Notes: generated by a model not told the origin, from the sequence alone. 64,000 nt of DNA from Malacoraja senta (GCA_038087875.1 JAXLNO010000110.1:186001-250000); one strand, 5' to 3'. Counted from the first letter of the stretch, positions 1-14,015 are shown. Program-made: numbers and translations.

Positions 1-1593
1 TGCACAGCCTAAAGTTGTCGGGCAACTTGTTCTATTTGATCTTATTTGTTTGTGCACGTCGGGTTGATTACATTTGTCGACCACTGATGCTCATTGTAAA
101 GACACAACTTTATTATGCTCGCGGGAGTGGGCGAGTCACCGCAAGTATGGTCACATACTTACCAGCTCCTCGCTGTCCCACTCAATTATTCTGTGTACAG
201 GCAGTATATACATGAGTAGTCACGGGTCCAGCTAATCACACAATCAGCGCAGAGGTGGGGGACAGTCCCCACCATGTTTTGAGAGGCCCACGATTCAAGC
301 CCCACGATTCGGGGCGGATGAAGCTGCTGTTGCTGGAGTTTGGAGTCGGTCACCAACCAGGTCCGCTCCAGATGTTACCGTCCACAGGGCCCATCAGCCG
401 AAGCCTCTGAAGTCTCGTGTGTGTGTGTGTGTGTGTATGTGCGGCCACCAAGAAATTGTGTCCCCCCCCCATGTTTTGATAGTGATAGACTAGAACAAAC
501 TTGTTTTTCTCTGCAGTACTACTTGATATCGGGACTCTTCCCTTTTTAGTCACAACACCCTTTGCAATTCTGCAAAACCGCCTGTTATTCATTCGCTCGC
601 AATTCTAAGTAAAGCAGGCTCACCACGCGCAACATGCAATCTGTCACGTACACATTAACACTAAATCTAGGGTCGCCAACTCTTTCTCCCAATTAAGGGA
701 CAAAAGGTCAAAATACGGGACAAATTCCCGACGGCAATTGGTTGACCGACTCGGCCGTGGCTGGGTGAATGATGAGTTGGCCAGGGTGCTGGACTGTATA
801 CAAAGCCCAGCCGGCGCGCCAGCTGCGGAGTTTTGGCCCGGGCCGCGTGACGTCGCGCACAAAGTCCGGCACGCCATCCAACTCATGAACCGATGATGGG
901 CCATGTCTCAGATGTAGTTTTCATAAGGTCATAAGTGATAGGAGCAGATTTAGGCCATCCGGCCCCATCAAGTCTACTCAGCCATTCAATGATGGCTGAT
1001 CTATCTCTCCCTCCCAACCCCATTCCCCTGCCTTCTCCCCGTAACCACCGACACCAGCACTAATCAAGAATCTATCTATCTATCTCTCTCAGCCTTAAAA
1101 ACATCCACTGACTTGGCTCCCACAGAAAGAATTCCACAGATTCACCACCATCTGGCTAAAGAAATGTCTCCTCATCTCCTTCCTAAAGGAACGGCCTTTA
1201 ATTCTGAGGCTGTGCCCTCTGGTCCTAGACATTCTCCACATCCACTCTATCCAGGCCTTTCACTATTTGGTAAGTTTCAATAAGTTGCCCACTCATCCTT
1301 CTAAACTCCAGCGAGTACAGGCCCAGTGCCGACAAACACACATTCAACCCATGTGTAGTTTTGAGTTGTGTTGATGAAACATTTGGCAGTGATTCCCTTT
1401 TGTTAAAACTAGTTTGGCAACTTGGTGACTCATTATTACTTTAGTCTTAGAAAATCCCTTAACTACCCCACTTGATAAGTTCCCACATAGGAGATTGGTG
1501 GGCAAAGTTAGGGCACATGGTATGGGGTGGTATGGGTAGAGTGCTGACATGGATAGAAAATTGGTTGTTATATACAGACCCCCAAACACCACT

Positions 1594-1798
1594 GTTAAAG
1601 AAGGAACTGCAGATGCTGGAAAATCGAAGGTACACAAAATGCTGGAGAAACTCAGCGGGTGCAGCAGCATCTATGGAGCGAAGGAAATAGGTAACGTTTA
1701 GGGTCTGAGAGAAGGGTTTCGGCCCGAAACGTTACCTATTTCCTTCGCTCCATAGATGCTGCTGCACCCGCTGAGTTTCTCCAGCATTTTTGTGTACC
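1594..1798. mobile_element. Penelope-derived inverted-repeat (hairpin) element
   Basis: About 70-bp arms (~1629-1700 and ~1727-1798) are near-perfect inverted repeats around a hammerhead-like core; flanked by caccact at 1587-1593 and 1799-1805. Confidence 0.65.
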
Positions 1799-1805
1799 CA
1801 CCACT

Positions 1806-2770
1806 AATTGGTGTTATCTACAGACCCCAAATAGTAGCCCGGATGTAGGGTGTAAGTTACAGCAGGAGTTAAAACTGGCATGTAACAAAGGTAATTAATG
1901 CCACTGTGGTGATGGGGATTTCAATATGCAGGTAGACTGGGACAATCAGGTTGGTTCAGGACCCCAAGAAAGAGAGTTTGTAGAGTGCCTCCGAGATGGA
2001 TTCTTAGAGCAGCTTGTAATGGAGCCGACCAAAGAAAAGGCAATTCTGGATTTAGCGTTGTTCAATGAACCAAATTTGATAAGAGAACTCGAGGTAAAGG
2101 AACTGCTTGGAGGTAGTGATCATAATATGATTAGTTTTAATCTGCAATTTGAGAAGGAGAAGGTTAGATCGGAAGTGGCAGTGATGCAGTTGAACAAAGG
2201 GGATTATGAAGGCATGAGAGAGGAGCTGACCAAGGTAGACTGGAAAGGGATACCAGCAGGAATGACGGTGGAACAGCAATGGCAGGAATTTCTGGGCATA
2301 ATCCGGAAGACGCAGGATTATTTCATTCCAAAAAGGAAGAAAGCGGCTGGACTTGTATACTCTGGAATTTAGAAGGATGAGAGGCAATCTTATTGAAACA
2401 TATAAAACTATTAAGAGTTTGGACACGCTAGAGCAGGAAACATGTTCCCGATATTGGGGGAGTCCAGAACCAGGGGCCACAGTTTAAAATAGGGGGTAAA
2501 GCCATTTAGAACGGAGATGAGGAAAACATGTTTCACACAGAGAGTTGTGAGTCTGTGGAATTCTCTGCCTCAGATGGCAGTGGAGGCCGGTTCTCTGGAC
2601 ACTTTTCAAGAGAGAGCTAGATGGGGCTCTTGAAGATAGCGGAGTCAGGGGATATGGGGAAGGCAGGAACAGGGTATTGATCGGGCATGATCAGCCATGA
2701 TCACATTGAATGACATTGCTGGCTTGAAGGGCAGAATGGCCTACTCCTGCACCTATTGTCTATTGACTAT
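1806..2770 (+). mobile_element. CR1 LINE fragments (AP endonuclease part joined to a 3' end)
   Basis: ORF 1926-2372 contains ILDL...GSDHNMI endonuclease motifs; a CR1 3' region with TATTG-type tail follows. Confidence 0.85.
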
Positions 2771-4329
2771 TGTACATGCTGGGAGTCAGAGTTACACCGC
2801 GTGGAAACGGGCCCTTCGGCCCATCCTGTCCAGGTTGACCAAGTTCCCCAATCCCAGCTAACGCCTTGCACGGTGGCATAGCGGGTAGAACCGCTGCCTC
2901 ACGGCGCCAGAGACCCGGGTTCGATCCTGACCTCGGGTGCTGTCTGTCTGTGTTGAGTTTGCACGTTCTCCCCGTGACCCGCGTGGGTTTCCTCCGGGTG
3001 TTCCGGTTTCCTCCCACGTCCCAAAGACGTGCCCGTGCGGGGTTTGTGGGTCGATCGGCCCCTCTGTAAATTGCCCCCTAGTGTTGTAGGGAGTGGATGA
3101 GAGAGAGTGGGATAACGTGGAACTAGTGTGTGAAGGGGTAGAAATAAAGAACTGCAAATGCTGGTTTACAAAAAAGAACACAAAGTGAAGAACTTCTTCA
3201 AAGTAGGCATGGTCTACGTCATTTGTTCAAGAACGAACTGCAGATGCTGGAAAATCGAAGGTAGACAAAAATGCTGGAGAAACTCAAGCGGGTGCGGCAG
3301 CATCTATGGAGCGAAGGAAATAGGCAACGTTTCAGGCCGAAACGTTGCCTATTTCATTCGCTCGCTAGATGCTGCCGCACCCGCTGAGTTTCTCCAGCAT
3401 TTTTGTCTACCTATGGTCTACTTCATTGCCTGAAGAAGGGTCTCGACCCGACACATCACCGCGTCCTCCACAGATGCTGCCTGGCCCGCTGAGTTACTCC
3501 AGCACTTTGTGTCCTTTTTAGTTTTAATTGATGGTAAGTGTAGATCTGCTGGGCTGAAGGGCCTGTTTCCTGCTGTATCTTTCAAACAATTCAATCTATC
3601 CATGTACCTGTCTAAGTGTCTTTTAGATGTTGTTATTGTACCTGCCTCAAATACCTCCTCTGGCAGCTCGTTCCATGCACCCACCACCCTCTGCGTGGAA
3701 AATTTCCCCTTCAAGTTTCTTTAAATCTTCCCCCCTCATCTTAAACCTATGTCCTCTGGTTCTTGATTCCCCAACCTGGGTACAGGCGCTGTGCATTCAC
3801 CCTATTTATTCCCAACATGATCTATCACGGCACGGTTTGGGAACAGCTCCATCCAAGACCGCAATAAATTGCAGACAATTATGGACGCATCCCAGACCAT
3901 CCAACCTCCCTTCCACTGACTCCATCTACACCTCACGCTGCCTCGGCAAGCCAGCAGCATAATCAAGGACCAATCTCGCCCCGGTCACTCCCTCTTCTCC
4001 CCTCTCCCATCAGGTAAGAGGTACAGAAGCTGTGAAAACAAACGCACACCTCCAGATTCAGGGACAGTTTCTTCCCGGCTGTTATCAGGCAACTGAACCG
4101 TCCTCTCATCAACTAGAGAGCGGTCCTGACATCCCATCTACCTCATTGGAGACCCTTGGACTATATTTGATTGGACTTTATTTTGCACTAAACCTTATTC
4201 ACATTATTCCATTTATCATCGAGTCTTACAGCATGGAAACAGTCCTTTCAGCCCAACTTGCCCACTCCGGTCATCTACACAAGTCCCACAAGTTTGGCCC
4301 ATAGCCCTCTAAACCTGCCCTATCCATGT

Positions 4330-4975
4330 ACCTGTCTAAATGTTTCTGAAACATTGCAATAGTCTCTGCCTCGACTACCTCCTCCAGCAGCTCGTTCCAT
4401 ACACCCACCACCCTTTGTGTAAAAAAAGTGATCCCTCATGTTTCCTATTAAATCTTTCCCCCCTCACCTTAACCTGTGTCCTCTGGTCCTCAATTCCCCA
4501 ACTCTGGGCGATCTACTCCTCTCATGATTTGTACACCTCTCTAAGATCATCCCTTGTCCTCCTGCGCTCCAAGGAATAGAGTCCCAGCCTGCTCAATCTC
4601 TCTTGCAGCTCAGGCCCTCGAGTCCTGGCAACATCCTCGTAAATTTTTCTCTGCGCCCTTTCCAACTTGACAACATCTTTCCTTTAACATGGTGCCCAGA
4701 ACTGAACACAATATTCTAAAATGCAGCCTCACCAATGTCTTGTACAACTGCAACATGACCTCCCAACTTCTATATTCAACACTCTGACCGATGAAGGTCA
4801 ATGTGCCAAAAGCCTTTTGACCACCTTATCTACCTGTGATGCCACCTTCAAGGAACCATGCACCTGCACTCCTAGATCCCCCTGCTCTACAACACTCCCC
4901 AGAGATCTACCCATTCACTGTGTAGGTTCTGCCCATGTTAGACTTTCTAAAATGCAACACCTCACATTTCTCCGA
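4330..4975 (-). mobile_element. CR1 LINE 3' fragment
   Basis: EYRSWEVMLQLYKTLVR motif of the CR1 ORF2 C-terminus. Confidence 0.8.
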
Positions 4976-5637
4976 TAGGTGACCTTTCAGGTTCTTAAAA
5001 CAAGGGCCCGACCCAAAACATCACCTATCCATGTCCTCCAGAGATTCTGCCTGACCCGCTGAGTTACTCCAGCACTTTGTGTCTTTTTTAACCGTTGACC
5101 CAGTATAGATTGGTCTACGGATTTCATTTGACAACTTATTATGGTCTGGTTATCTGTATAATTTATTGTATTATTTCATTTATATTGCCCAGTACATTTT
5201 TGTTGTGTTAAGGTATTGAGCTGAAGCAAGTAAGCAGGGTCAAGGGGAGAAGGTAAAACTCCGTACAGACACGCCCGTGGTCAGGATGGAACCCGGGTCT
5301 CTGGTGCAGGAGGCACCAGCTCTACCCACTGCATCACTGTGCCACCCCTGTATAATGTGAAAGGAGGCTCATGTTCCTCTCCCTCCACCCCTCCCCTCCT
5401 CCCTTGCCTCCTGCCCCCTGAGGCAGGCAGGAATCGCCCTGAATGATGTTTTAGTTCCCAGCGATATAACAATTGGTCATCAGCTGTTGGGTGGAACCTT
5501 GAGATTGGTATTTTAATTCACAATCCACAAGCCGGGAGGGGGAAATATACCAAACGCCCTTCATGAATGCAACCTGCCAAAAGCAAATTGGAGGAACTAC
5601 ACCTCATATTTCTCTGTTAGTATTTAATATTTTAATA

Positions 5638-6393
5638 CAGTGCCCTCCATAATGTTTGGGACAAAGACCCATCATTTATTTGCTTCTGTGTACTCCACAA
5701 TTTGAGATTTGTAATAGAAAAAAACCACATGTGGTTAGAGTGCACAATGTCAGATTGTAACAAAAGCCATTTATATACATGTTGGTTTCACCATGTAGAA
5801 ATGACAGCAGTGTTTATTTCATAGTCCTCCCCCTCCCCCCCCCCCCCCCCCCCCTTTCCGGGCACCATAATGTTTGGGACACAGCAATGTCATGTCAATG
5901 AAAGTAGTCATGTTTAGTATTTTGTTGCATATCCTTTGCATGCAATGACTGCTTGAAGTCTGCGATTCACGGACATCACCAGTTGCTGGGTGTCTTCTCT
6001 GGTGATGCTCTGCCAGGCCTGTAATGCAGCTATCTTTAGCTTATGCTTGTTTTGGGGGCTAGTCCCCTTCAGTTTTCTTTTCAGCATATAAAAGACATGC
6101 TCATTGGGTTCAGATCGGCGATTGACTTGGCCACTCAAGAATTGACCATTTTTTTAACTTTGAAAAAACTCCTTTGTTGCTTCAGCAGTATGTTTGGGAT
6201 CATTGTCTTGCTGTAGAATGAACCGCCGGCCAATGAGTTTTTCGAGGCATTTGTTTGATCTTGAGCAGATAGGATGTGTCTATACACTTCAAAATTCATT
6301 ATGCTACTACCATCAGCAGTTGTATCATCAATGAAGATAAGTGAGCCAATACCTTCAGCAGCCATACATGCCCAGGCCATAATACCCCCACCA
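5638..6393 (-). mobile_element. Tc1 transposon, truncated (one TIR plus transposase 3' half)
   Basis: TA|CAGTGCCCTCCATAATGTTTGGGACA terminus and degenerate Tc1 transposase C-terminus. Confidence 0.9.
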
Positions 6394-9300
6394 CGTTAAT
6401 TGTACATGATTACCACGAGTTTAATTTGTTTTAAACTCGGGGTCACTCGTGGGTCGACTCGCACCGTGAGACAGGGATTTAACTCTCCTTCACACCCCAT
6501 TATCCTGCCCAGAACCCCTCACACCCCACACTAATCACGAATCCACCTATCTCTGCCTTAAAAATATCCATTGTCTTGGCCTCCACAGCCGTCTGTGGCA
6601 ATCAATTCCACAGATTCACCCCCTCTGACCTAAAGAAGTTCCTCCTCATCTCTTTTCTAAAGGAACGTCCTTTAATTCTGAGACTGACCTCTGGTCCGGG
6701 ACTCCCAACTAGTGAAACCATCCTCTCCACATCCACTCATTCACTTTATGGAAAGTCTTTCTCTGTTCGGTGAGTTTCAATGAGGTGCCCCCCTCCCCCC
6801 CTTCCCCCCCCCCCCTTCATTCTAAACTCCAGAGAGTCCAGGCCCAGTGCCGTCAAACGCTCCTCATACGTGAACCTACTCACTCCTGGGGTCTGGCCCG
6901 CCTCTCTCTCCCTCTGATTGTGGAGCATAAACTAATTCCTCTGCCTGCACGTGATCCATAGCCCTCCGGTGCCAGCATAATATCCATGTGCCTGTCCAAA
7001 CGCCTCTGAAATGCCTCGCAGAGAATGAGACAAAGGTGTATTCTGCACCTTAACCCGGCATTCACCTGACCTGCCTTAACTGGTCTATCGCCCACATGCC
7101 CAAGCTGCATAATTGCAGTTCCTTCGCTTTGTTGCAAGGGATAATTTTGAAATGTTGTTGCAAATACTGACACCAACCCATCCACATAGCGATCGTTCTA
7201 TTGTCCTGTCCCCACCCATGGCATGCCACCAACTACCCCTCCCTGCTGAGTCCAAAGTACACTCCCCGTTCCCTAACCCCTGGGGTTGACTAGTATAGTT
7301 TAGTTAGAAGTACAGCGCGGAAACAGCCCTTCGGCCCACCGAGTCCGCACTGACCAGCGATCTCCACACACTATCCTGCACGCACTAGGGACAATTTACA
7401 TTTATACCAAGCCAATTAACCTATAAACCTGGAGGAAGGAACTGCAGATGCTGGTTTCAACCGAAGGTAGACACAAAATGCTGGAGTAATTCTGTCTCGC
7501 GGAAAGCGGAGATTTTTAATAAATTTATTTTCACCGAATTTAAAAATGCGGATTAGAATACATGGGGGGGATTGTCCCCACCTCTCAAAACATGGGGGGG
7601 ACTGTCCTCCACTTCTGTGCTGATTGTGTGATTAGCTGGACCCGTGATTACTCATGTATATACTGCCTGTGCACAGAATAATTGAGTGGGACAGCGAGGA
7701 GCTGGTAAGTATGTGACCATACTTGCAGTGACTCGCCCACTCCCGCGAGCGTAATAAAGTTGTGTCTTTACAATGAGCATCAGTGTTTCGACAAATGTAA
7801 TCAACCCGACGTGCACAAAGAAATAAGACCAAATAGAACAAGTTGCCCGACAACTTTAGGCTGTGCACGACATACACAAGAAGAAGAAGCAGTAGTGTCT
7901 GACGGGGTTTGTTATTCCAGAGTGAGGGTGAGCAGAGTAGTTGGCAGGATCTCGCTGGGACCATCACCAAGTGTTTAACAGCACCTCCCCTTTTAATAAT
8001 CTGACACCATTCATATAATGTGTAAGAAGGAACTGCCGATGCTGGTTTAAACCGAAGATAGACGTAAAAGCTGGTGTAGCTCAGCGGGACAGGCAGCATC
8101 TCTGGAGAGAAGGAATGGGTGACGTTTCAGGTGGAGACCCTTCTTCACTGTGCCACCTTCTGAGGAAGGGTTTTGTGTCAACCTACAATGTACGTCTTTG
8201 GAGTGTGGGAGGAAACCAAAGATCTCGGAGAAAACCCACGCAGGTCACGGGGAGAACGTGCAAACTCCGTACAGACAGCGCCCGTACTCGGGATGGAACC
8301 CGGGTCTCCGGCGCTGCAAACGCTGTAAGGCAGCGATTCGACCGCTGCGCCACCACACCGTCTACTGTGGGATTCCTCCCTGTCCCCCTCCTCCCTCTCC
8401 CCTTTAACCATCCCCACCCTCATCTCCCATCCCAGAATCTCCCATGTAGTGTAGTTTAGTTTAGTGTCACGTATACCCAGGTTGAGTGAAAAGCTTTTTT
8501 TGTTGTGTGCTAACTAGTCAGTAGAAAGACTATACAATCGAGATGTCCACAGTGTACAGACACAGGATTAAGGGAATAACGTTTAGTGCAAGGCAACTCC
8601 ACTAAAGTCCGATTAAAGATAGTGCGAGGGTTTCCAAAGAGGTCGATGGGAGGTCAGGACCGCTCTCTAGTTGGTGAGAGGATGGTTCAGTTGCTTGATA
8701 ACAGCTGGAAAGAAACTGTCCCTGAATCTGGAGGTGTGCGCGTTTGTTTTCACACTTCTGTACCTCTTGCCCGATGGGAGAGGAGAGATGAGGGAGTGAC
8801 CGGCGGTGAGACTGGACCGTGATTATGCTGCTGGCCTTGCCGAGGCAGCGTGAGGTGTAGATGGAGTCAGTGGAAGGGAGGTTGGTTTGTGTGATAGTCT
8901 GGGCTGACCTTTATCTCTGCTCTTCCACTCATAAACCTCCCTCCGGCATTGCGCTTCACTCCTCCTCGCTCCTGATGTGACACCCTGCTGCCCCTTGCAT
9001 CTCCAGCCTATGACACTGACTCCACCCATCTAACAATCACCCCTTCCCCCTCACCTGTATCCACCTATCACTTGCCAGGCTTTGTCCTGCCCCCACCTCT
9101 CCTTGTGTAGGAACGAACTGCAGATGCTGGTTTAAACTGAAGATAGACACAAAAGGCTGGAGTAACTCAGCGGGACAGGCAGCATCTCTGGAGAGAAGGA
9201 ATGGGTGTCGTTTTGGGTCGAGACCCTTCTTCAGACTAGTCCGGGGAAAAGGGAAACGAGAGATATAGACGGTGATGTGGAGAGATAAAGAACAATGAAT

Positions 9301-9609
9301 GAAAGATATGCAAAAAAGTGACGATGATAAAGGAAACAGGCCATTGTTAGCTGTTTGTTGGGTGAAAACGAGAAGCTGGTGCGACTTGGGTGCGGAGGGA
9401 TAGAGAGAGAGAGGGGATGCCAGGGCTACCTGAAGTGAGAGAAATCAATATTCATACCACTGGGCTATAAGCTGCCAAGCAAATTTGAGATGCTGTTCCT
9501 CTAATTTGCATTTGACAATGGAGGAGACACAGGACAGAAAGGTCAGTGTGGGAATGGGAAGGAGAATTAAAGCGTTTAGTAACTGGGAGATCAGGTAGGT
9601 TCAGGAACC

Positions 9610-9905
9610 AGGAGAGGGCAAGAGAGAAAGAGTGAGGGGGCAAGAGAAAGAGAGAAGCAAGAGAGAGAGAGAGGGAGAAAGAGAGAGAAAGAGAGGCAAG
9701 AGAGAAGCAACCGGGAGAGAGAGAGGAACGAGAGAGAAAGAGAGGTAAGAGAGAGCAAGAGAGAAAAAGAGAGAGGCAAGAGAGAAAAGAGAGAGGTAAA
9801 AGAGAAAGAGGCAAAAAGAGAGAAGCGAGAAAGGGAGACGAGAGAGCAAGAGAGAAAGAGAGGCAAGAGAGGAAGGGGAGAAGCAAGAAAAAAATAGAGA
9901 GACTG
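9610..9905. repeat. GA-rich degenerate simple repeat (mirror near 27345-27545)
   Basis: Polypurine tract; source of Ser/Leu-rich spurious ORFs. Confidence 0.9.
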
Positions 9906-11168
9906 CAAGAGGCAATTTGTGCAGGTTTGTAGGTTAATTGGGTTGGGAAAACACAATCAAATTTAGTGAGAGGATTTCCCCTGAACATAGACACCATCCC
10001 TGTCTTTCCAAATGTACATAAATCACACCATCACAACAGATTTATCCAACACTGCCCTACACACCGACATACTGAAGGCTATTAACCTACAAACCTGCAC
10101 GTCTTTGAAGTGTGGGAGGAAACCGGAGCACCCGGAGAAAACCCACGTTGGTCACGGGGAGAACGTGCAAACTCTGTACAGACAGCACCATGGTAAGAAT
10201 CTAACCGGGATTCTATACATCATGGAAACCGGCCCTTCGGCCCACTAAGTCCACGCCAATTATCAATCATCCTTTCACACACTAGTTCCACGTTTATCCC
10301 ACTTTCTCATCCACTCCCTACACACTAGGGGGCAATTTACAGATTGCCGATTAGCCCACAAACCTGCATGGGCACGTCTTTGGGATGTGGGACGAAACCG
10401 GAGCACCCGGAGGAAACCCACGCAGTCACAGGGCACAGTGGTGGAGTTGCTGCCTTACAGCGCCAGAGACCCGGGTTCGATCCTGACTGCGGGTGCTGTG
10501 TGTGTTGGAGTTTGTACGTTCTCCCCGTGACCATGTGGGTTTTCTCCGGGTGCTCCGGTTTTACTCTCACACTCCAAAGACGTGCAGGTTTGTAGGTTAA
10601 TTGGCCTCAGTAAACAATAGACAATAGGTGCAGGGGTAGGCCATTTGGCCCTTCGAGCCAGCACCGCCATTCAATGTGATGATGGCTGATCATCCCCAAT
10701 CAGTACCCCGTTCCTGCCTTCTCCCCATATCCCTGACTCTACTATTTTTAAGAGCCCTATCTAGCTCTCTCTTGAAAGCATCCAGAGAACCCGCCTCCAC
10801 CGCCCTCTGAGGCAGAGAATTCCACAGACTCACAACTCTCTGTGAGAAAAAAGTGTTTCCTCGTCTCCGTTCTAAATGGCTTACTCCTAATTCTCAAACT
10901 GTGGCCCCTTGTTCTGGACTCCCCCCAACATCGGGAACATGTTCCTGCTTCTAGTGTGTCCAAGCCCTTAACAATCTGATATGATAAACAAATTGTAAAT
11001 TGCCCCAAGTGTGTAGGATGTGAAATTGGGATGATATAGAACTAGTGTGTATGGGTGATCATTGGTCGGTGCGGACTTGCTAGGTCAAAGTGGGAGTTCA
11101 AAAAAGTATTCATCAATATAAACAAATCTCAAGTCTCACCAAGACTTGTAAGGAAGTAGAGGCGTTTT

Positions 11169-11715
11169 ATACGATACGATAGAACTTTATTTATCCCGGG
11201 AGGGAAATTGGTCTGCCAACAGTCGTAAAACACAGCAAGATGCATGAAACATGAAATTATAGTGGCAAGTGGGAGTCCAGGATTGGGGATGTGCAAAGAT
11301 TTGGGAGGGGGGTTGGGGGGGGGGCGGGGGTCAGTGTTAGTCTACCCCACGACACAAGGGGGAGGAGTTGTACAGTTTGATAGCCACAGGGAAGAAGGAT
11401 CTCCTGTGGCGTTCTGTGCTGCATCTTGGTGGAACCAGTCTGTTGCTGAAGGTGCTCCTCAGGTTGACCAGTGTGTCACGGAGGGAGTGAGCTGTATTGT
11501 CCAGGATGCTCCGCAGTTTTGAGGATAATCCTCCCCTCCAAGACCAACCTCCAATGAATCCAACTCTGCCCCCAGATCGGAGCCAGCCTTCCTGATGAGT
11601 TTGTTGATCCTGTTGGCGTCCGCGGCCTTCGCCCTGCTGCCCCGGCACACGGCAGCGAAGAAGATGGCATTGGCCACCACCGATTGCTAGAACGTCTGCA
11701 GCATCTTACTGCAGA
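11169..11715 (-). mobile_element. Rex1/Babar-like LINE 3' fragment (mirror ~25540-26080, plus strand)
   Basis: VANAIFFAAVC...RINKLIRKAGS and RRSFFPVAIKLYN motifs; (ATCGT)n tail. Confidence 0.75.
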
Positions 11716-12134
11716 TAATGGGCTTTCTATTTCATTGCATCAATGTGCTGCGTCCAAGACATGTATGCATGCCCAGGAACGTGGGTTTTGACTCACCATC
11801 GACCCATCGTTGAAGACAGGTTTGTGGCGCCTCATCCTTCCTCTTCCAAAGTCAACCATTCCTACACAGACCTTTCTGTCCTAGGTCTCCTCCATTGTCA
11901 GAGTGAGGCTAAACGCAAATTGGAGGAACAGCATCTCATATTTAGTTTGGGCAGCTTACAGCCCAGTGGTATGAATATTGGTTTTTCTCACTTCAGGTAG
12001 CCCGGCATTTCCCTCTCTCTCTATCCCTCCCCCACCCAAGTCGCACCAGCTTCTTATTTTCACCCAACAAACAGCTGACAACGGCCTGTTTCCTTTATCA
12101 TCGTTACTTTGCATATCTTTCATTCATTGTACTT

Positions 12135-12730
12135 TCAGAGGACGTACTTCCTGCGGCAGCTGCGGAAACACAATCTGCCACAGGCAATGATGGTCCAATT
12201 CTATACGGCCATCATAGAGTCTGTCCTCACCTTCTCCATCATGGTCTGGTTTGGCTCAGCCACCAAGCACGACACCCAGAGGCTGCAGCGAATCGTCCGA
12301 ATCAGTTGAGAAGGTTATTGGCTGCAACCTTTCCCTCCATTGACGAACTGTAAACTGCAAGGGCCAGGAAGCAAGCGGGCAAGATCATCTCTGACCCCTC
12401 TCACCCTGACCACAAACTCTTTGAATCATTTCCCTCTGGAAGGCGACTCCGGACTGTCAAAGCTGCCACAGCCAGACATAAAAACAGCTTTTTTCCCCAC
12501 GAGTAGTAGCTCTACTCAATAACCAAAATCTGTTGCCTCTTTTGCTCTCTGGTATTTTTGTTTAATTCACATGTTTTAAGCGATAATGTTTTATTATTAA
12601 TGTTTTAATGCTTTATGTTTTATTCTTAATTGTTTACTGTATGTCGTGTTGTTACTTGCGGGCGGAGCACCAAGGCAAATTCCTTGTATGTGAACGTACA
12701 TGGCCAATAAACCTATTCATTCATTCATTT
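12135..12730 (+). mobile_element. Rex1/Babar-like LINE 3' fragment (mirror ~24528-25120, minus strand)
   Basis: YFLRQLRK...FYTAIIESVLTFSIMVWFG motif; AATAAA plus (TTCA)n tail; inserted into a Penelope 3' region. Confidence 0.8.
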
Positions 12731-13066
12731 ATCTCTCCTTATCACCGTCAATATCTCTCGTTTCCCTTACCCCTAACCTGTCTGAAGAATGGTCTCGACC
12801 CAAAACATCACCCATTCCTTCTCTCCAGAGATGCTGCCTGTCGCAGAGTAACTCCAGCATTTTGTGTCTATCTTCGGTTAAACCAGCATCTGCAGTATCT
12901 TCCTGTGTCTTTTCTTGTAAACCACAAATGTGAGCAATTTTGAGGCACCATATCTGGAGAAGGTCCAGAGGAGGTTTACAAGCTTGATCCCAGGAATGAC
13001 ATATGACGAGCGTTTGTCGGCACTGGGCCTGTACTCGCTGGAGTTCAGAAGAATGAGGGGACCTAA

Positions 13067-13312
13067 AGGGCTTGTCCCGCTTGGCGATTTTTTCGGCGAC
13101 TGCTGGCATCATTGACTGACGTATCAGGTCACCGAAAAATTTGCGGCGTGATGCGGCGGTGAAGCGGCGTGATGACGTAAGACGCGCGGTGTTTTTTCAA
13201 GTGTCGCAACATTTTTTTGTCGCCGCTGGATTTTGAAATGTTCAAAATCTTTTTGGCGACACTGATATGACGCCGGCAGTTGGCGAAAAAATCGCCAAGT
13301 GGGACAGGCCCT
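13067..13312. mobile_element. PIF/Harbinger MITE
   Basis: TIR AGGGCTTGTCCCGCTTGGCGATTTTTTCG / CGAAAAAATCGCCAAGTGGGACAGGCCCT, with TAA on both sides. Confidence 0.85.
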
Positions 13313-13772
13313 TAACCAGTCTGAAGAAGGGTCTCAACCTGAAACGTCACTCATTCCGTCTCTCCAGAGAGCTGCCTGTCCTGCTGAGTTACTCCAGCTT
13401 TTTGTGTCTCTCCCCCTCCTGCTCTCTCCCTCCCCCCTCTCTCTCCCCTGCTCTCTCTCCCCCCCCCCCCGCTTTCTCTATCCCACCCACCCCCACTCTC
13501 TCTCACCCCCCCACCCCGCTCCCTGCGCTCTCTCTCTCTTCCCTGCACTCGTCCCCTAGACAAGGCCCGCTGTGGGGGGACCGCTGTGAGGGGGGGTAAG
13601 AGAGGGGGGAACAAGGGTGAACATTGTCTCTTTGTCACTGCCCTTTCTGTGGTGAGTATAGGGCGACTCTTTGCAAACCTTGGGCCTGCAAGCAAAGAAC
13701 AGCACTGTGACTTCTCACATGTGACTGTAAGAAAAACGACAGTCAGCATTTGTCCGGCTAAGTTCTCAAAGT

Positions 13773-13778
13773 TTTATT
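13773..13778 (-). terminator. Polyadenylation signal AATAAA of S100 copy 1
   Basis: AATAAA about 240 nt after the stop codon; conserved in the paralog at 23424-23429. Confidence 0.7.
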
Positions 13779-14015
13779 TAATGACGGTGAGCGGAGGGAG
13801 AGAGTGTGGAGGGGAGGAGAAGGAGAGAGGGGATAGATGGTGGGGGGGTGGGGGAGAGGAGAGGGAGAGAGAGGGGATGGAAGGGGAGGGAGTGAGGAGG
13901 TGGATGAGGATGGGCAGGGCAGTGGAGGGGATGGGTGAGAGAGTGTGTTCCTGCCGGTATGAGCTGAGCTGCTGACTCAATGGTCTTGTTGTCATCAACA
14001 GGGTTATTGGCACTG

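Noticed and set aside
668..910. Possible hAT-like element end (TAGGGTCGCCAAC...)
   Set aside because: Only one terminus is seen, with no matching TIR or TSD, so it is not called as a feature.
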